A stretch of 64,000 nucleotides of DNA from Azolla caroliniana (Eukaryota; Plantae; Polypodiophyta): positions 11,594,001-11,658,000 of the forward strand of contig JBHGNT010000017.1 in the NCBI GenBank assembly GCA_043228905.1, read 5' to 3'. This document shows positions 51,336 to 64,000 of the stretch, piece by piece (the first letter of the stretch is position 1; the number at the start of each line of letters is the position of its first letter). A program made the translations under genes and the position numbers. Below the pieces are notes generated by a model. That model searched no databases. It was not told where the DNA came from and saw only the letters and a program-made list of their open reading frames with translations.

Positions 51336-54245
51336 TGTTGGGAATATGTCCCTCTAGTGGGAGGAGGATCTGACTGTCCAGAAGTTGCTCAACAGTTGAA
51401 GACTAAGGGACGATCCGACTGTTCGTAAAGCCGACAGTCCAAGAGTCGAAAACAATGAGTCAACTGTTTAATAGTTCGACTATTATTATTATAGCAATAA
51501 TAATAATAGGCTACATTTGTAAATAGTCCATATAGTGTATAAGTATAATAAACTTAGGGCAAAATGTTATCTGTGTGTGCAGAGTGTGAGGTTGCGTGAC
51601 GTGAGCGTGTGAGCGTTAGAGAGAGAGAGGGAGAGAGAGAGAGAGAGAGAGCGCAACGCCATAGCTGTGTGCGTAACAGTAGACGCCAAGAACCCTGCGT
51701 GGCTGATACACTCGGAGGAGTGTTGTAACATTTTGTGTTATGTATCCACTATACATAGTGAAGCTCCGTTCCCGTGGTTTTCTCCCGTTTTAGGGTTTTC
51801 CCCGTTAAATCTCTGTGCACCATTGTTGTCCTGTTTTCTGGCATATTTGTGATTCGTATTCAGCACAGTTCGCTTATTGTGATTTGACCAAACGATTTCT
51901 CCACATATTGGTATCAGAGCTTGAGGTGCAAGCATGGAAGGAGATGTGAGCGGTTTCCCAGGTATGATAGTTCTAAACTCACAGAACTATGTAGACTAGA
52001 AGATAAAGATGGAAGACCTTCTCATCGTAAAAGACCTATACGAGCTAGTCGATAGAGTAGATATACCCAGGGGGGTATTGGAGTCGGATTGGAAACTTCT
52101 AAACAGAAAGGCAGTGGCCACAATCCGACAGTACGTTGATGTAACTGTCCATCAACATGTGGCGAATGACACCAATGCCCACGAGATGTGGTAGAAGCTG
52201 TCGGGTTTGTATGAGAGGAAGAATGCGCTTAATAAAACCTCGCTGATGAGAGAAATCGTAAGGCTGAAATACAGAGACGGTGAGAGCATCGTTGAACATA
52301 TCAACATGTTCATGGGGTATGAAAATCAACTTGTTGCGACCAAGTTTCCCTTGGATGATGCAATGCAGGCCATCCTGCTGATCTACACACTGCTAGACAG
52401 TTGGGAGAACTTGGTGGTTACTCTCAGCACCTCTTGTCAAGAAGAGAACTTGTTTTTATAGACGGTGAAGATAAGAATCCTAAATGAGGAGGCAAGGAGG
52501 AAGGACAAATGAGTCTTGTCCCAATCGAAGTGGAATGTGACTCAACAGTCGGACAAAGGAAGGGACCGACGAAGAAGAAGTTGAACTGACAAATTCCACA
52601 CTAGATCGAAGTCCAGAGGTAAGCCTGTGTGCTTCTACTATGATAAACTTGGACACTTCCAGAAGGACTGCCGACACATGAGAAGAGACAAGAGTGTCGG
52701 AAACAATGCCGAAACCAGGAAGATTCTTGATGAGAAGAACACATCAGCCATTGCTATGAGCAATGAAGAACTGTTGTTCATTTGTGAATAGCCAAGTGCA
52801 AATCTTGCAAGTGAAGATTCCGGGGCATTGTTCCACATAACCCCATCGAGAGAGTATTTCTCGACTTACATAGTTGGGGATCATGGCTATGTAAAGATGG
52901 GTGATAGTGGAGAGTGCAGAGTAACCGGAGTCGGAAGTGTCTTCTTAATGACATCGACAAGGTGTCGACTGACGCTAAAGGATGTTCGACATGTTTCCAA
53001 TATCAAATTGAATATGATATCGACTGGAAGGTTGGATGCGGAAGGCTATATATAGTGGTAGCTTTCGGAATGGCAAGTGGAAGTTCTGTTGAGGAAGTCT
53101 CATAGTGGCCCGAGCATAGGGAGAAGGCACATTATATATGATGCATGCCCAACTGTGCAAGTCGGAAGTGAATGTGGCAACTGACTCGGCAGGAGAGATA
53201 TGACATAAGAGACTAGGCTACATGAGTGAGAAGGGAATGCACCTGCTAGCTAACCAGAAACTTCTACCAGAAGTCAAGGGAGTGCACCTGGAGAAGTGTG
53301 TTGACTATTTAGTTGGAAAGTAGAACAGAGCAGCATTCCATGCAAGACCACCAAGAAGAAGAGAGAAGTGCCATTGAAACTAGTACACACGGATGTGTGC
53401 TATGGAGATGCTTCATCGCATCGAGGTGGACAATACTTTGTGACATTCATTGACGACGGTAGTTGGAAGGCATGGGCCTTCGTACTAAAGTCGAAGGATC
53501 AAGTACTGTAGGTCTTCAAGGAGTTCCAGGCAAGACCCGAACGAGAGTCGGGTCGGAAGTTGAAGGCTGTCCGCACCGACAATGATGGCGATTATAGAGG
53601 GCAGTTCGAGGAATACTGCAAGTGCCAAGGTATTCGAATCGAACACACAGTGCCAAAGACCCCAGAATTGAATGGGTTTGCAGAGAGAAAGAATTGAACG
53701 ATCATGGAGAGAGTAAGGAGCATAATCTCATGCGAAACTGCCGAAATCCTATTGGGCTGAGGCGATGTACACAATTGTTTATCTAATCAACAGGTCTCCA
53801 TTAGTACCATTAAAGGGTGAAGTTGCACAGAGGGTGTGGATAGGGAAGGATGTCTCCTACCAACACCTGAGGGTGTTCGGATGTTTAGGGTATATGCATG
53901 TACGGAAGGATCAGAGGTCAAAGCTCGACAGTAAGCTGAAAGCTTGCATATGCATGGGATATTCGGAAGATGAGTTCGGCTATAGGCTATGGGACTTAGC
54001 CGATAAGAAGGTAGTGAGAAGTCGGGATGTAGTCTTTCTTGAAGACAAGACGATTGAAAACTAGAAGCAACAGAAGTCGGAACCGACTCCCCAGTCAACC
54101 TCGATTACCATCGACTTAAGGCCAAGTGAACTGGCATCATCAGCTATTAAGAGACAGTTGGTCGACTCAGAGAGACCAACTAACTATGATTCAGAGTCGG
54201 CAGAGCTGTTGAAGTGAATTAAGGAATACCAGTTGGAGTTACCCA
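51336..54245 (+). mobile_element. 5' half of a decayed Copia (LTR 51336..51905, PBS-iMet 51909-51920, gag from 51934, PR, IN)
   Basis: TGTTGGG...CCACA LTR with a (GA)n tract; gag reads MEGDVSGFPGMIVLN... and has many stops. Confidence 0.9.
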
Positions 54246-54824
54246 TGTTACAGGCATGACCATATAATATCTGGTGGTGAGAATTTACCATAGTATTCTA
54301 TATACGTGGATAAGTGCGAGGGTTAAACAAGAGTGTAAAGAAGGGGAGGATTACTTTTAATCCTCGGGATTGAGACAACCCATTAGGCCAAGTGTGAACT
54401 TGCCTGGGGGCCTTGGGTATCGCTTTAAATAAGAGGCCTAGCTACCCTCATTTCATCATCTTGTTCAATACGTTGAGACTCTGTTTCGTGGTGGATCAAC
54501 TCTGCGAGTGCGCTAGCACCAGGTAAGACTCGACGCCACAACGGTGGTATGGGACACTGATCGAGGTTCGAGTCCGTCTCGATCCCTTCACTCTGGGGTG
54601 GTCGGGGGATCGACACCCTTCTTTCTCTCTCTCCTTTCTATCTATCTATCTATATTCTATCCTTATCTAATGCTTACATTAGTTCATGTTTCTAATAGTT
54701 GGTACCAGAGCCTATGTTCTAATGTTTCTTTTGTTGATTTTCTCTTCTCGTTGGATGGCGATCGATCTACGTGCGATCGAACTTGTTCCAAATAGTGATC
54801 AACAAAAGAACTTTGGTAGTCTAA
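54246..54824 (+). mobile_element. 5' LTR (54246..54697), PBS-Met-like site and start of the 5' UTR of another LTR element
   Basis: TGTTA...TAATA (decayed TAACA), followed by GT-TGGTACCAGAGCC. Confidence 0.7.
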
Positions 54825-55554
54825 TGTCGTGGAAATCCGCGAGTACGTGTAGGATCTTAGGCGGGACCACGGGGGTCTTGGACTAGGGAGTAGAGTAGGA
54901 ATGGAAGCTTAGCTCAAGAGGAGATGAGAAAGAATAAGACACTAACATGGAACAACAAATCGATGGAGGCAAGATACATCAATATGCTATATTAAGAATC
55001 CACAAATTGTTTACAACCATGGCCACATAGTCCAAACCAAACGACTACAAGAACCCTAACTGGATAAGTAAAGAAGAAGAGTCAAACCCTAAAAGAAACC
55101 CTAGAAGAAAACCTAAAACCGAATAGAAACCCTCAACCTAAGTGGTATACCTCTCTCACTCAAAATAGGCAACCCCTTCAAAAGGGACCCCTCACTCCCT
55201 TTTATAGTAGTAAGGGGTGAGGCACATTACAAAAAGGGAGTCAAATCCCCTTCCATTAAATGGGGAATATCTCCCTTGATCTTAAATCAGTGGGCTTTAA
55301 CCCCCTCTCCTCTCGCATTCACACTCAATGCCCACTACTCACTACACTATACTCTATGTAATTCCCTCTAGTCTACAAAGTTCACATCACATTTACACTA
55401 AACATCTTTCATAGACTACCTTAACACTTTACACTTTACATTTTGCTTATACATTCCTATGTTACAATTTTCCTAAGTTCATGTGGAATGTTGCACATCT
55501 CCATTTTCTCTATCCCGCTCGATTTTCTCACCATGGCCGAAAATCATCACAACA
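54825..55554 (-). mobile_element. Solo LTR (~730 bp) related to 1107..2281, with non-matching flanks
   Basis: Ends tgtcgtggaaatcc... and ...gccgaaaatcatcacaaca match both ends of the 1107..2281 LTR. Flanks are CTAA and ACGG. Confidence 0.7.
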
Positions 55555-56660
55555 ACGGCTATGCCAGCGTCTTTGCTAGGAAGCGGCTGAGTGCTTTGGC
55601 AGTAGTTAGAGTCTTTGCTTCAATGATTGTTGTAATTTTATAAGGATCCACTGCTATCCCCTCCTTACTTACGATGTAGCCAAGGAGGCTCCACTGGTAA
55701 CGCCGAATGCACATTTTGCTGGATTCAGGCTCAGGCGTGAAGTACGGCAGCATTCCAAACAGAGTCGGAGATGACCCAAATGTTCACTTCTTGTTCCATA
55801 TACCGCGAAATTGTCGAGAAGGACTTGCATAAAGGCGGGTATATACTCCCCAAAAATCTCCGTGATTGTTCGCTCGAAAGTGGCAGGCGTCGTCTTCAAC
55901 CCAAACATCATGATCACCGCGACGTAAATCCCCCAGTCCGTGATGAATGTAGTCTTCTCTTGCTCGTCAGGATGCATGCATACCTGATTTTACCCGCTAA
56001 AGACATCTAAAAAACTGTACATGTCATGGCTTGCGACCGCATCTAGGACGCTATCGAAGAAGGGTAAGGGAAACGCATCCATAATTGTCCACGCAAACGC
56101 GGAATTTGCCATTTTTCTTTGGCACTACGACTATCGGGCTCAGCCACGTGGCCTGCTTCACCGGTCGGATAAACCCTGCTTTGAGAAGTTTGTCAATTTC
56201 CTCTTTTATGCGAGCCGCATAATTCGGGCTCATTCGATAACGATGCTGCTGCACAGGTTTCACGTCGGTAGATAAGTTGATTTTGTGCTGATAAAATTTT
56301 GGGTCCACCCCCTTCATGTCCTCATGTGACCATGTGAAAACATCCTTATATTCCTTGAGCAGTTCCATCATTGCCGCCTTCTCACTTGGAAATAAGTCTT
56401 TCGCAATCGAGAGTAATTGAGGATCCGCCGTTGTTCCGATATTGACTTCTTCTAATGCCGAAGTGGTGACCCATCGTGAGATTTCCATTTCCCTCTCAAA
56501 TGCTGCACATGCTCTACTTAACTCCATTATCGACTCTAGGTCCGGTTCGTATACCTCTTCCAGAAGCGTATTACTTGGGGCGTATTCCGTAGCGGTTTCT
56601 ATTATGTCGATTTCGAATAATGGAACGATCCGTGGGTGATCATCAAGGTATGCTTCCAAC
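55555..56660 (-). pseudogene. Non-chromovirus-type Gypsy RT fragment
   Basis: WLSPIVVVPKKNGKFRVCVD, KTTFITDWG, MMFGLK, QVLLDNF (decayed FLDD) and LNPAKCAFG. Confidence 0.9.
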
Positions 56661-57562
56661 TGTGTATCATCTTACTAGGTCCAAATGGTCGGAACAAGGA
56701 GTGCGTAAGGATAGGTTGTTACCTGGTTGGCAAGAAGGCTTAAGGATGTCCAAACCAGAGTGTGAAAGCAATAGTTTATTCGGGAACTGTTATAATTATT
56801 TTATTAATATGGACGGACGGACTAGAATCGGTATGCCGATCCGGATCTGGACCGATTCCGAATAGGTGCCGGTTGGCACCGTTTTGTACTTCGCACTAGA
56901 GACCTATATAAAGCCCCGGTTACAATGTAATTGACAACGGATAATTAATAGAACTTATTGCCTTTATCCTTCAGTATTGATTACCGTTCTGTGCTTATTG
57001 TATATCTTACGTGTGTTAATGATGTATTGCTAAGTAACCGATTAAGGTCTAATTAAGGGTTGTGTCGTAAGTCATCCTGCCGTAACACCCTTTGGTGAAG
57101 TGTCTTAAGTGGACATCCTGTGTTAGGCTATTGTCCGGCCCTAGGATTAACACAGTTTTTGGTGACCACAATTCCTACACAATCGCAGTGAACAACGGCG
57201 GGAATGGATGACTAGGCCAACAGACGACCCGGTTACGGAGACAGCACGAAGACTTGCTGAACGGCGAAGGCGGCGAGAGGCTTTCCAACAAGCAGCGGAA
57301 GAAATCCGATCGGATCGATCATTTTCCAAAGTGATCCGGAAAGTGGAATCACGTCTGCAACAAAACGCCTACACGGACGAAGGAAGCAGCTTTAGCAGTC
57401 TCCGGGAAGCGGAACCCCTTCTCCAGGCCTTGGCCGGAAGAGACGGCGAATCCGAAGCATTTTCAGCGCTCGAATCGGATTCGGAAGGGGGTTACAGCGC
57501 ACACGAACTATCGCAACAGTAACGACACCCCAGGAGGACCGGAGGACGAGGAGTCAGATACA

Positions 57563-60500
57563 TGTTGAGAACACGACGTTCCTTATGTCCGACGCTCGGC
57601 CACAATCGAGATTCTTTTCATACACAGAAAAACAGGTAATGAAATGCGACACCAAGGGGAGAAATGGTACACAGGAGGTTTACGTGGAAAACCCCAAAAT
57701 AAGGGAAAAACCATGGCAGCCCACAGGCTGCAAACTGTCACTATGTAGGAATATACAACAGTGAGTTCACTGAGGCAACGACCTCGTGCTCTCAAATCTT
57801 CGCCACAGGCGGCGGTTACAACAGAGGCAACGACCTCGTCTCTCTCTCTCTCTCTCTGTACAGTTACGCGCTCTCTCTTCTTCTTGCACCAACAACGAAG
57901 AATAACCACAACAACAAAAAGTTTGCCCTAAGTCATATTTATACTAATATGACTTTTCGGCTATTTACAAATGTAGCCTCGATGGGCTATCAGAAACATA
58001 TTTACGAATATGTCTCTTCCTCCGGTTCATACCGGGCCTACACCATCCGGCTCTCCGCAGTCGGGTACTCCCCATCCGGTCCATACCGGGCCTACACCAT
58101 CCGGCTCTCCGCAGTCGGGTACTCCCCATCCGGTTCATACCGTTTCGGCCTCAACCGGTTGGCCTCGGCCGAGTTTGTTCGTCGGCACTGTTCTTCTCCC
58201 TTCCCATCCGGAGGGACCTGTCTCCCAACAAACTCCCCCTTCACTCCGGCATGGGGTGTCTTTTCAGCCCGATCCTCTTCCGGCATGCGTCCAGCTTGTC
58301 GGGTGTCAGCACTTTGGTCAGCATATCTGACCCGTTCTCGGCCGTGTGGATCTTCGTCAGTGCGAACTCCTGGTCATCTACCCTTTCACGGATCCAGTGA
58401 TACCTCCGCTGGATATGCTTCGTCCGGGAATGGTAGGCCGCATTCTTAGCAAGGTGGATGGCACTTTGACTGTCGCAGTAGAGTCGGTATTCCTCTTGCC
58501 AGATACCGAGCTCTCCGATGAAGTCCTTCATCCATAATATTTCCTTGCCGGCTTCTACAGCCGCCATGTACTCCGCCTCTGTGGTTGACAATGCAACCGT
58601 CTTCTGCAGCCTCGACTGCCACGAAACAGCTCCCCCTGCATATGTCATCACATACCCGGATGTAGACCGGCTGGTATCCACATCAGCCGACATGTCCGAA
58701 TCGGTGAAACCGTCCAGTTGAGGTTTCCCGGAGCCGAATCGGAGACACATATTTGAAGTGCCCTTCAAATACCGGAGTATCCATTTGACCGCGTTCCAAT
58801 GCTCCTTGCCGGGATTACTCATGAACCAGCTCACCACTCTGACTGCGTATCCAATGTCCGGTCGGGTACAAACCATTGCGTACATCAAGCTCCCGACGGC
58901 AGAGGCATATGGAATCTTCATCATATCTGCCTTCTCTCCTTTTGTCTTCGGGCTTTGCTTGCCGGACAACTTGCAGTTTGCCAGAAGTGTCGATCTGACC
59001 GGTTTTGCATCTGACATGTTGAACCGGTGAAGCACCTTTGTCACATACTTCTCCTGTGACAACCATAATTGCTTCACTGACCGGTCCACGCCCTTCTTCT
59101 GCTGGAACCCCTTCACCACGATCCTGGCTTTGTATCTCGGGGGGTTGCCGGCATCTCCCGGTTTCAACTTGAACACCCACTTGTTTCGGAGTGCCCGCTT
59201 TCCTTTCGGCAGCTCCACCAATTCGTACGTATGGTTCTCATGCAGAGAATCCATCTCATCCTGCATGGCACTCAACCATTTTCGGCTGTGGGTGTCTTCC
59301 TTTGCTTCTTCGAAGCTTTCCGGCTCCCCCTCATCGGTCAGCAGGACATGATCTGCATCCGGAAATCTCCGGGGCGCCCTTCCCTCTCTGAGAGGATATC
59401 TCGTCTTCGGGCTTCGGTAACCGGTTCCTCCATTTGCTCTTCTTCCGAATCTGATTCGGGGTCTTGACCGGTTCCGGTCTCAGCTTCCTCTACTTCTTCT
59501 TCTGCCGGTTCGGTATCCTCACCGTAACCAGCTGGTTCCTCGAGTGCTAACCGGTCTCTTGCCGGTTCGGTCTGCTCATTGTAGAGTCTATCCTTACCTG
59601 TCGACTCGGAGTTCATTATCTTCTTCTCCGACTCCCAGTCGGCGAGCGTCTTGTCCTCCATGAAGATAATATCTCGACTCCGGAATACCTTCTTGTCGAC
59701 CGGGTCCCATACTTGGTAGCCGAACTCATCGTCACCGTAACCGAGGAATATGCATGGCCAGGTCTTTGGATCTAACTTTCCTCTCCGGTCCTTTGCTACA
59801 TGCACGTACGCGAGACACCCGAACACCCTCAGATGCCGGTAGGACACTTCCTTACCGGTCCATACTCTCTGTGGCGTGTCTCCGTCCAAGGGTACTGAGG
59901 GTGATCTGTTTATCACATATGTCGCCGTCGACAGTGCCTCAGCCCAAAACTTCTTGGGTAGTTTTGCATGCACTAGCATACTCCGGACCCTCTCCATTAT
60001 GGTCCGGTTCATCCTCTCGGCTAGTCCGTTTAGTTCCGGCGTCTTCAGCACGGTAAATTCGAGCCGGATTCCCTTCAAGCTGCCGCAGTACTCCTCGAAC
60101 TGCCCCCGGTACTCTCCTCCGTTATCTGCTTGAACCGCCTTCAGCTTCCGGCTGGTTTCTCTTTCCACTCTCGCGTGGAGCTCTTTGAAGACTGATAACA
60201 CCTGATCCTTCGTCTTCAGCGGTGTGGCCCACAGCTTCCGGCTGTGGTCATCTATGAACGTCACGAAGTACTGCGCTCCGGCATGTGACTTCGTGTCTAC
60301 TTGACAAACATCCGTATGCACCAACTCCAGTGGTGCATTACGTCTCATCGGTGGCCTTGGTCAGAAGGAGGTCCGGTTCTGCTTACCGGCCAGACAATCA
60401 GTGCACTTCTCTAAGTGCACATTCTTCACTGGAATGAGGTTGTCGTCTCCAAGCCTCTTCATCCATCCCCTTCTCACTCATGTGACATAGCCTCTTGTGC

Positions 60501-62357
60501 CACAGCTCACCGGCAGTGTCGGAAGCCGCGTTCACTTCTTCCGGACATAACCGGGCATTCATCAGGTACAGAGTGTTTACCTTCCGGGCCCGAGCCACAA
60601 TCAGGCTCCCTTTGCTGAACTTCATGACACCGTTCCGGATGCTACCCGTGTAGCCTTCATCATCTAGCCGACCGGCTGATATCAGGTTCAGACGAACTTC
60701 CGGAATGTGTCGGACATCCTTCAACAGCAACTTGCATCCGGTTGGTGTTGTCAGCCACACGTCTCCTATGCCGACAATTCGGCATGTTCCTTCATTCCCC
60801 ATCCGGACACAGCCATGATCACCGGCTGAGTAGGATGAGAAGCATTTCCGGTCCGGGGTAAGGTGGAACGACGCTCCGGAGTCTACCACCCAGGTCATCT
60901 CGTCGCCGGCATGGTTTATCTCACTCTCCTCGGTGATGAGCATCAACTCCTCTTCACTTGCCGCAATTGCCGTCGTTCCCTTCCGGTCCGGCCCCCTCCG
61001 GTCTTTACAGTTCCGGTCTGTACCGTTTTGGTTCGGGGTTTGCTTCGAATCGGTACCGTCGGTTTCCTTGTCTTTACGGAAATGCCGACAGTTCTTTTGG
61101 AAGTGTCCCGGCTTGCCACAATAGAAGCAAGTAGGCCTCCCCCTTGACTTTAACCGTGTCCCCGACTTCTCCCGGTTCTGGGGACTACGGTTTCTATGTC
61201 TTCCGCGTTCCGATTCGGTAAGGAGCGCTTTGGAGTCGGAGCTCGTATCTTTGTCTTTCCGACGAGCCTCCTCATCTAGCAAGCTCGACTTTACTCTTGC
61301 TAGGGATAACCGTTTTCCTTCCGGCCCGGCTTTGCCCAAAGTGACAACCAACGTCTCCCAGCTATCCGGGAGGGAACCGAGCAGGAGTAGCGCTAGGACC
61401 TCATCGACAAGAGGTACTTCCAATGACGTTGCCTGGTGGATCAGCCCCTGGTCGATTTCGCTCTGATACCAATTGTTGAGAACACGATGTTCCTTATGTC
61501 CGACGCTCGGCCACAACCGAGATTCTTTTCATACACAGAAAAACAGGTAATGAAATGCGACACCAAGGGGAGAAATGGTACACAGGAGGTTTACGTGGAA
61601 AACCCCAAAATAAGGGAAAACCCATGGCAGCCCACAGGCTGCAAACTGTCACTATGTAGGAATATACAACAGTGAGTTCACTGAGGCAACGACCTCGTGC
61701 TCTCAAATCTTCGCCACAGGCGGCGGTTACAACAGAGGCAACGACCTCGTCTCTCTCTCTCTCTCTCTGTACAGTTACGCGCTCTCTCTTCTTCTTGCAC
61801 CAACAACGAAGAATAACCACAACAACAAAAAGTTTGCCCTAAGTCATATTTATACTAATATGACTTTTCGGCTATTTACAAATGTAGCCTCGATGGGCTA
61901 TCAGAAACATATTTACGAATATGTCTCTTCCTCCGGTTCATACCGGGCCTACACCATCCGGCTCTCCGCAGTCGGGTACTCCCCATCCGGTCCATACCGG
62001 GCCTACACCATCCGGCTCTCCGCAGTAGGGTACTCCCCATCCGGTCCATACTGGGCCTACACCATCCGGCTCTCCGCACTCGGGTACTCCCCATCCGGTC
62101 CATACCGGGCCTACACCATCCGGCTCTCCGCACTCGGGTACTCCCCATCCGGTCCATACCGGGCCTACACCATCCGGCTCTCCGCAGTCGGGTACTCCCC
62201 ATCCGGTCCATACCGGGCCTACACCATCTGGCTCTCTGCAGTCGGGTACTCCCCATCCGGTTCATACCGTTTCGGCCTCGACCGGTTGGCCTCGGCCGAG
62301 TTTGTTCGTCGGCACTGTTCTTCTCCCTTCCCATCCGGAGGGACCTGTCTCCCAACA
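57563..62357 (-). mobile_element. Internally deleted Copia with both LTRs (57563..58230, 61474..62357) and TSD ATACA
   Basis: ATACA occurs at 57558-57562 and 62358-62362. PBS-iMet is at 61460-61471 and a PPT at 58231. The gag N-terminus and RT core are missing. Confidence 0.95.
61933..62262. repeat. 54-bp tandem repeat x6 in U3 of the 5' LTR (x2 in the 3' LTR, 58022-58135)
   Basis: Unit CCGGTCCATACCGGGCCTACACCATCCGGCTCTCCGCAGTCGGGTACTCCCCAT. The LTR length difference of 216 bp equals 4 x 54. Confidence 0.95.
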
Positions 62358-64000
62358 ATACATTACCAACACCGGAACCAGAGTTGTCAAACCGGGAACC
62401 CCTGGCACTAGACGTGGAGCAACCTCCAAAGACGGAAGAAGACAAAGAAAGACCTCCGACACCGGAAGTCGAGCCGGCAACACCAAAGGAAGACTGGCAA
62501 AGACCTCCGACGCCGACGGAACAGCAGGAAAGACCACCGACACCGCCAGCCCGCGTACCGACACTGGACGACGACATGCCGTTCCAGTACTCCAAGTATA
62601 GGGATGACCCGGGCGCGGAGGCTCATGTTCATGTGCTTAACAAACATGGGAGGCGAACCATGTGTCACAACGGTTAACCGTGGCCGAAGAGGAACGAACT
62701 AAGATAGCCGAATTTGGCGTGACATTGGAAGGACCGACCGCTAGATGGCACTGGACGTAGGATCCCAGCACCATCACCACCTTTGCGGACTTGAAAAATA
62801 AATTATTGCACCTCTTTCAGAAGGAGGTGGACCAGAGAGAAATGGTGGGCCTATTTTATACCATCCGGCAGGACCCTAGGGAGAGCATTCCGCAGTTTGT
62901 CATCCGGTTTCAACGGATGCACAGTCAGCTTACCCGAACACCTCTGGAGGAAGAAACACGGGCTATATTCTTAGCCGCGCTCCGGGAACCTCTACGAACG
63001 GTATGCACGGTCATCAACTTTTGCACAGGCACCGTCGACCAGGTCATCGACCGGGTTAGAGAAATGGAGAAAACGAGCTCTTGGCTAACAATGGGAGCCC
63101 TCCAACGAGCGTTACCAACCGATGAGGATCTCCGGTTCTGGCAAGCAATCCAATGCACAACCTGCATGAATTCCGGACACTCGGCACTGGAGTGCACCAT
63201 GCGGACGCACTGCTTACTCTGCCAATCTATGAGCCACATGATGGACCGGTGCGAATATAACTTATTGAATCAGCAAGCACCACCAGTTTCAAATCGAGCC
63301 ACGTAGCAGCCGCGACGAAGAAGACGAACGCTGGCGGTGAGAGGAGCGATATCGACCGGCACAGGATGTCCGGTACAGCGATTGGCGAGACAACTATGAC
63401 CAGTACGAGAGATATGATAGGTACCTAGATTACAATGGACGGTACAAGCATTACAACCGGGATCACTCCCCCGGGTATCACCAACGACGGGAAGATTACA
63501 GGAGATATGAAGACCAACCCGTCAAGGGTACTGCAACAAAAAGAACTTTAATAAAAAACGGCATTTCAAAAAAGGGAACCACCCACGTGAACCGGAAAAA
63601 GGCGCCTCAAGCAGCCAGCCGGACCAAAGCCCCACGGTTACCACAGGTCCTCCATTGGGTACAGGAAACAATGCCGAATCCAGCAATACCTTAAAAGCAT
63701 ATTGCTATTATTGCCGGCAAGAAGGACATTATAGTAATCAATGTCCGGCAAAGAGCTATGACAAGTGACCGGCAGTAAACATGGTAGTCGCCGAAGTCGC
63801 AGACCTGCAGCAGGTTACCACAAGGTCGAAGGGCAAGACGACGGAATGGGAGACACAAGAGGCGATCCGGAAGCAGGCAACAGAATGGGTGAAAAAGGCA
63901 AATGAGCGAAACGTAGCAGAACTTGCGCAGCAAAAGGAGAACACCGAAGAGCTCGCCGGCAGCAGTCAGACCGAAAATGCGACATGGCAGGCATTGCAGG

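Larger units (their letters stand above)
56661..64000 (+). mobile_element. Gypsy element 5' portion: LTR ~56661..57154 and decayed gag (57208.., resuming 62363..64000), interrupted by a Copia
   Basis: TGTGT...ACACA is followed by GTTTT-TGGTGACCAC. Retrotrans_gag-like IRQDPRESIPQFVIRF and three CCHC knuckles (CTTCMNSGHSALEC, CLLCQSMSHMMDRC, CYYCRQEGHYSNQC) are present. Confidence 0.75.

Overview
Eukaryotic, repeat-dominated plant DNA, probably a fern. This is inferred from a PLS-class PPR gene with long, insertion-bearing L motifs and from retroelement types typical of non-seed plants. Roughly 90% of the window is nested, mostly decayed LTR retrotransposons: several Ty1/Copia families with tRNA-iMet primer-binding sites and several Ty3/Gypsy families. 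They surround a single intact host gene, an intronless 793-aa PLS-E PPR protein (21746..24127, -). Highlights: (1) A Gypsy family in three internal copies combines a tRNA-Trp PBS, a 4-bp target-site duplication, CG-centred insertion flanks and a D-H-G protease motif. It also has a conserved -1 frameshift signal (G_GAU_UUU plus an H-type pseudoknot) placed between protease and RT rather than between gag and protease. (2) A young three-LTR tandem Copia dimer (26389..36419) has one TSD, and both units share the same two nonsense mutations and a swapped gag. (3) A relic of a second tandem junction has the layout PPT-LTR-PBS. (4) An LTR element shows a Tf1-type self-priming signature. (5) There are several repair or recombination scars: templated fillers, a 1,010-bp duplication, a recombinant solo LTR and LTR repeat copy-number asymmetry. 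All comparisons were made by eye; no database searches or alignments were run.
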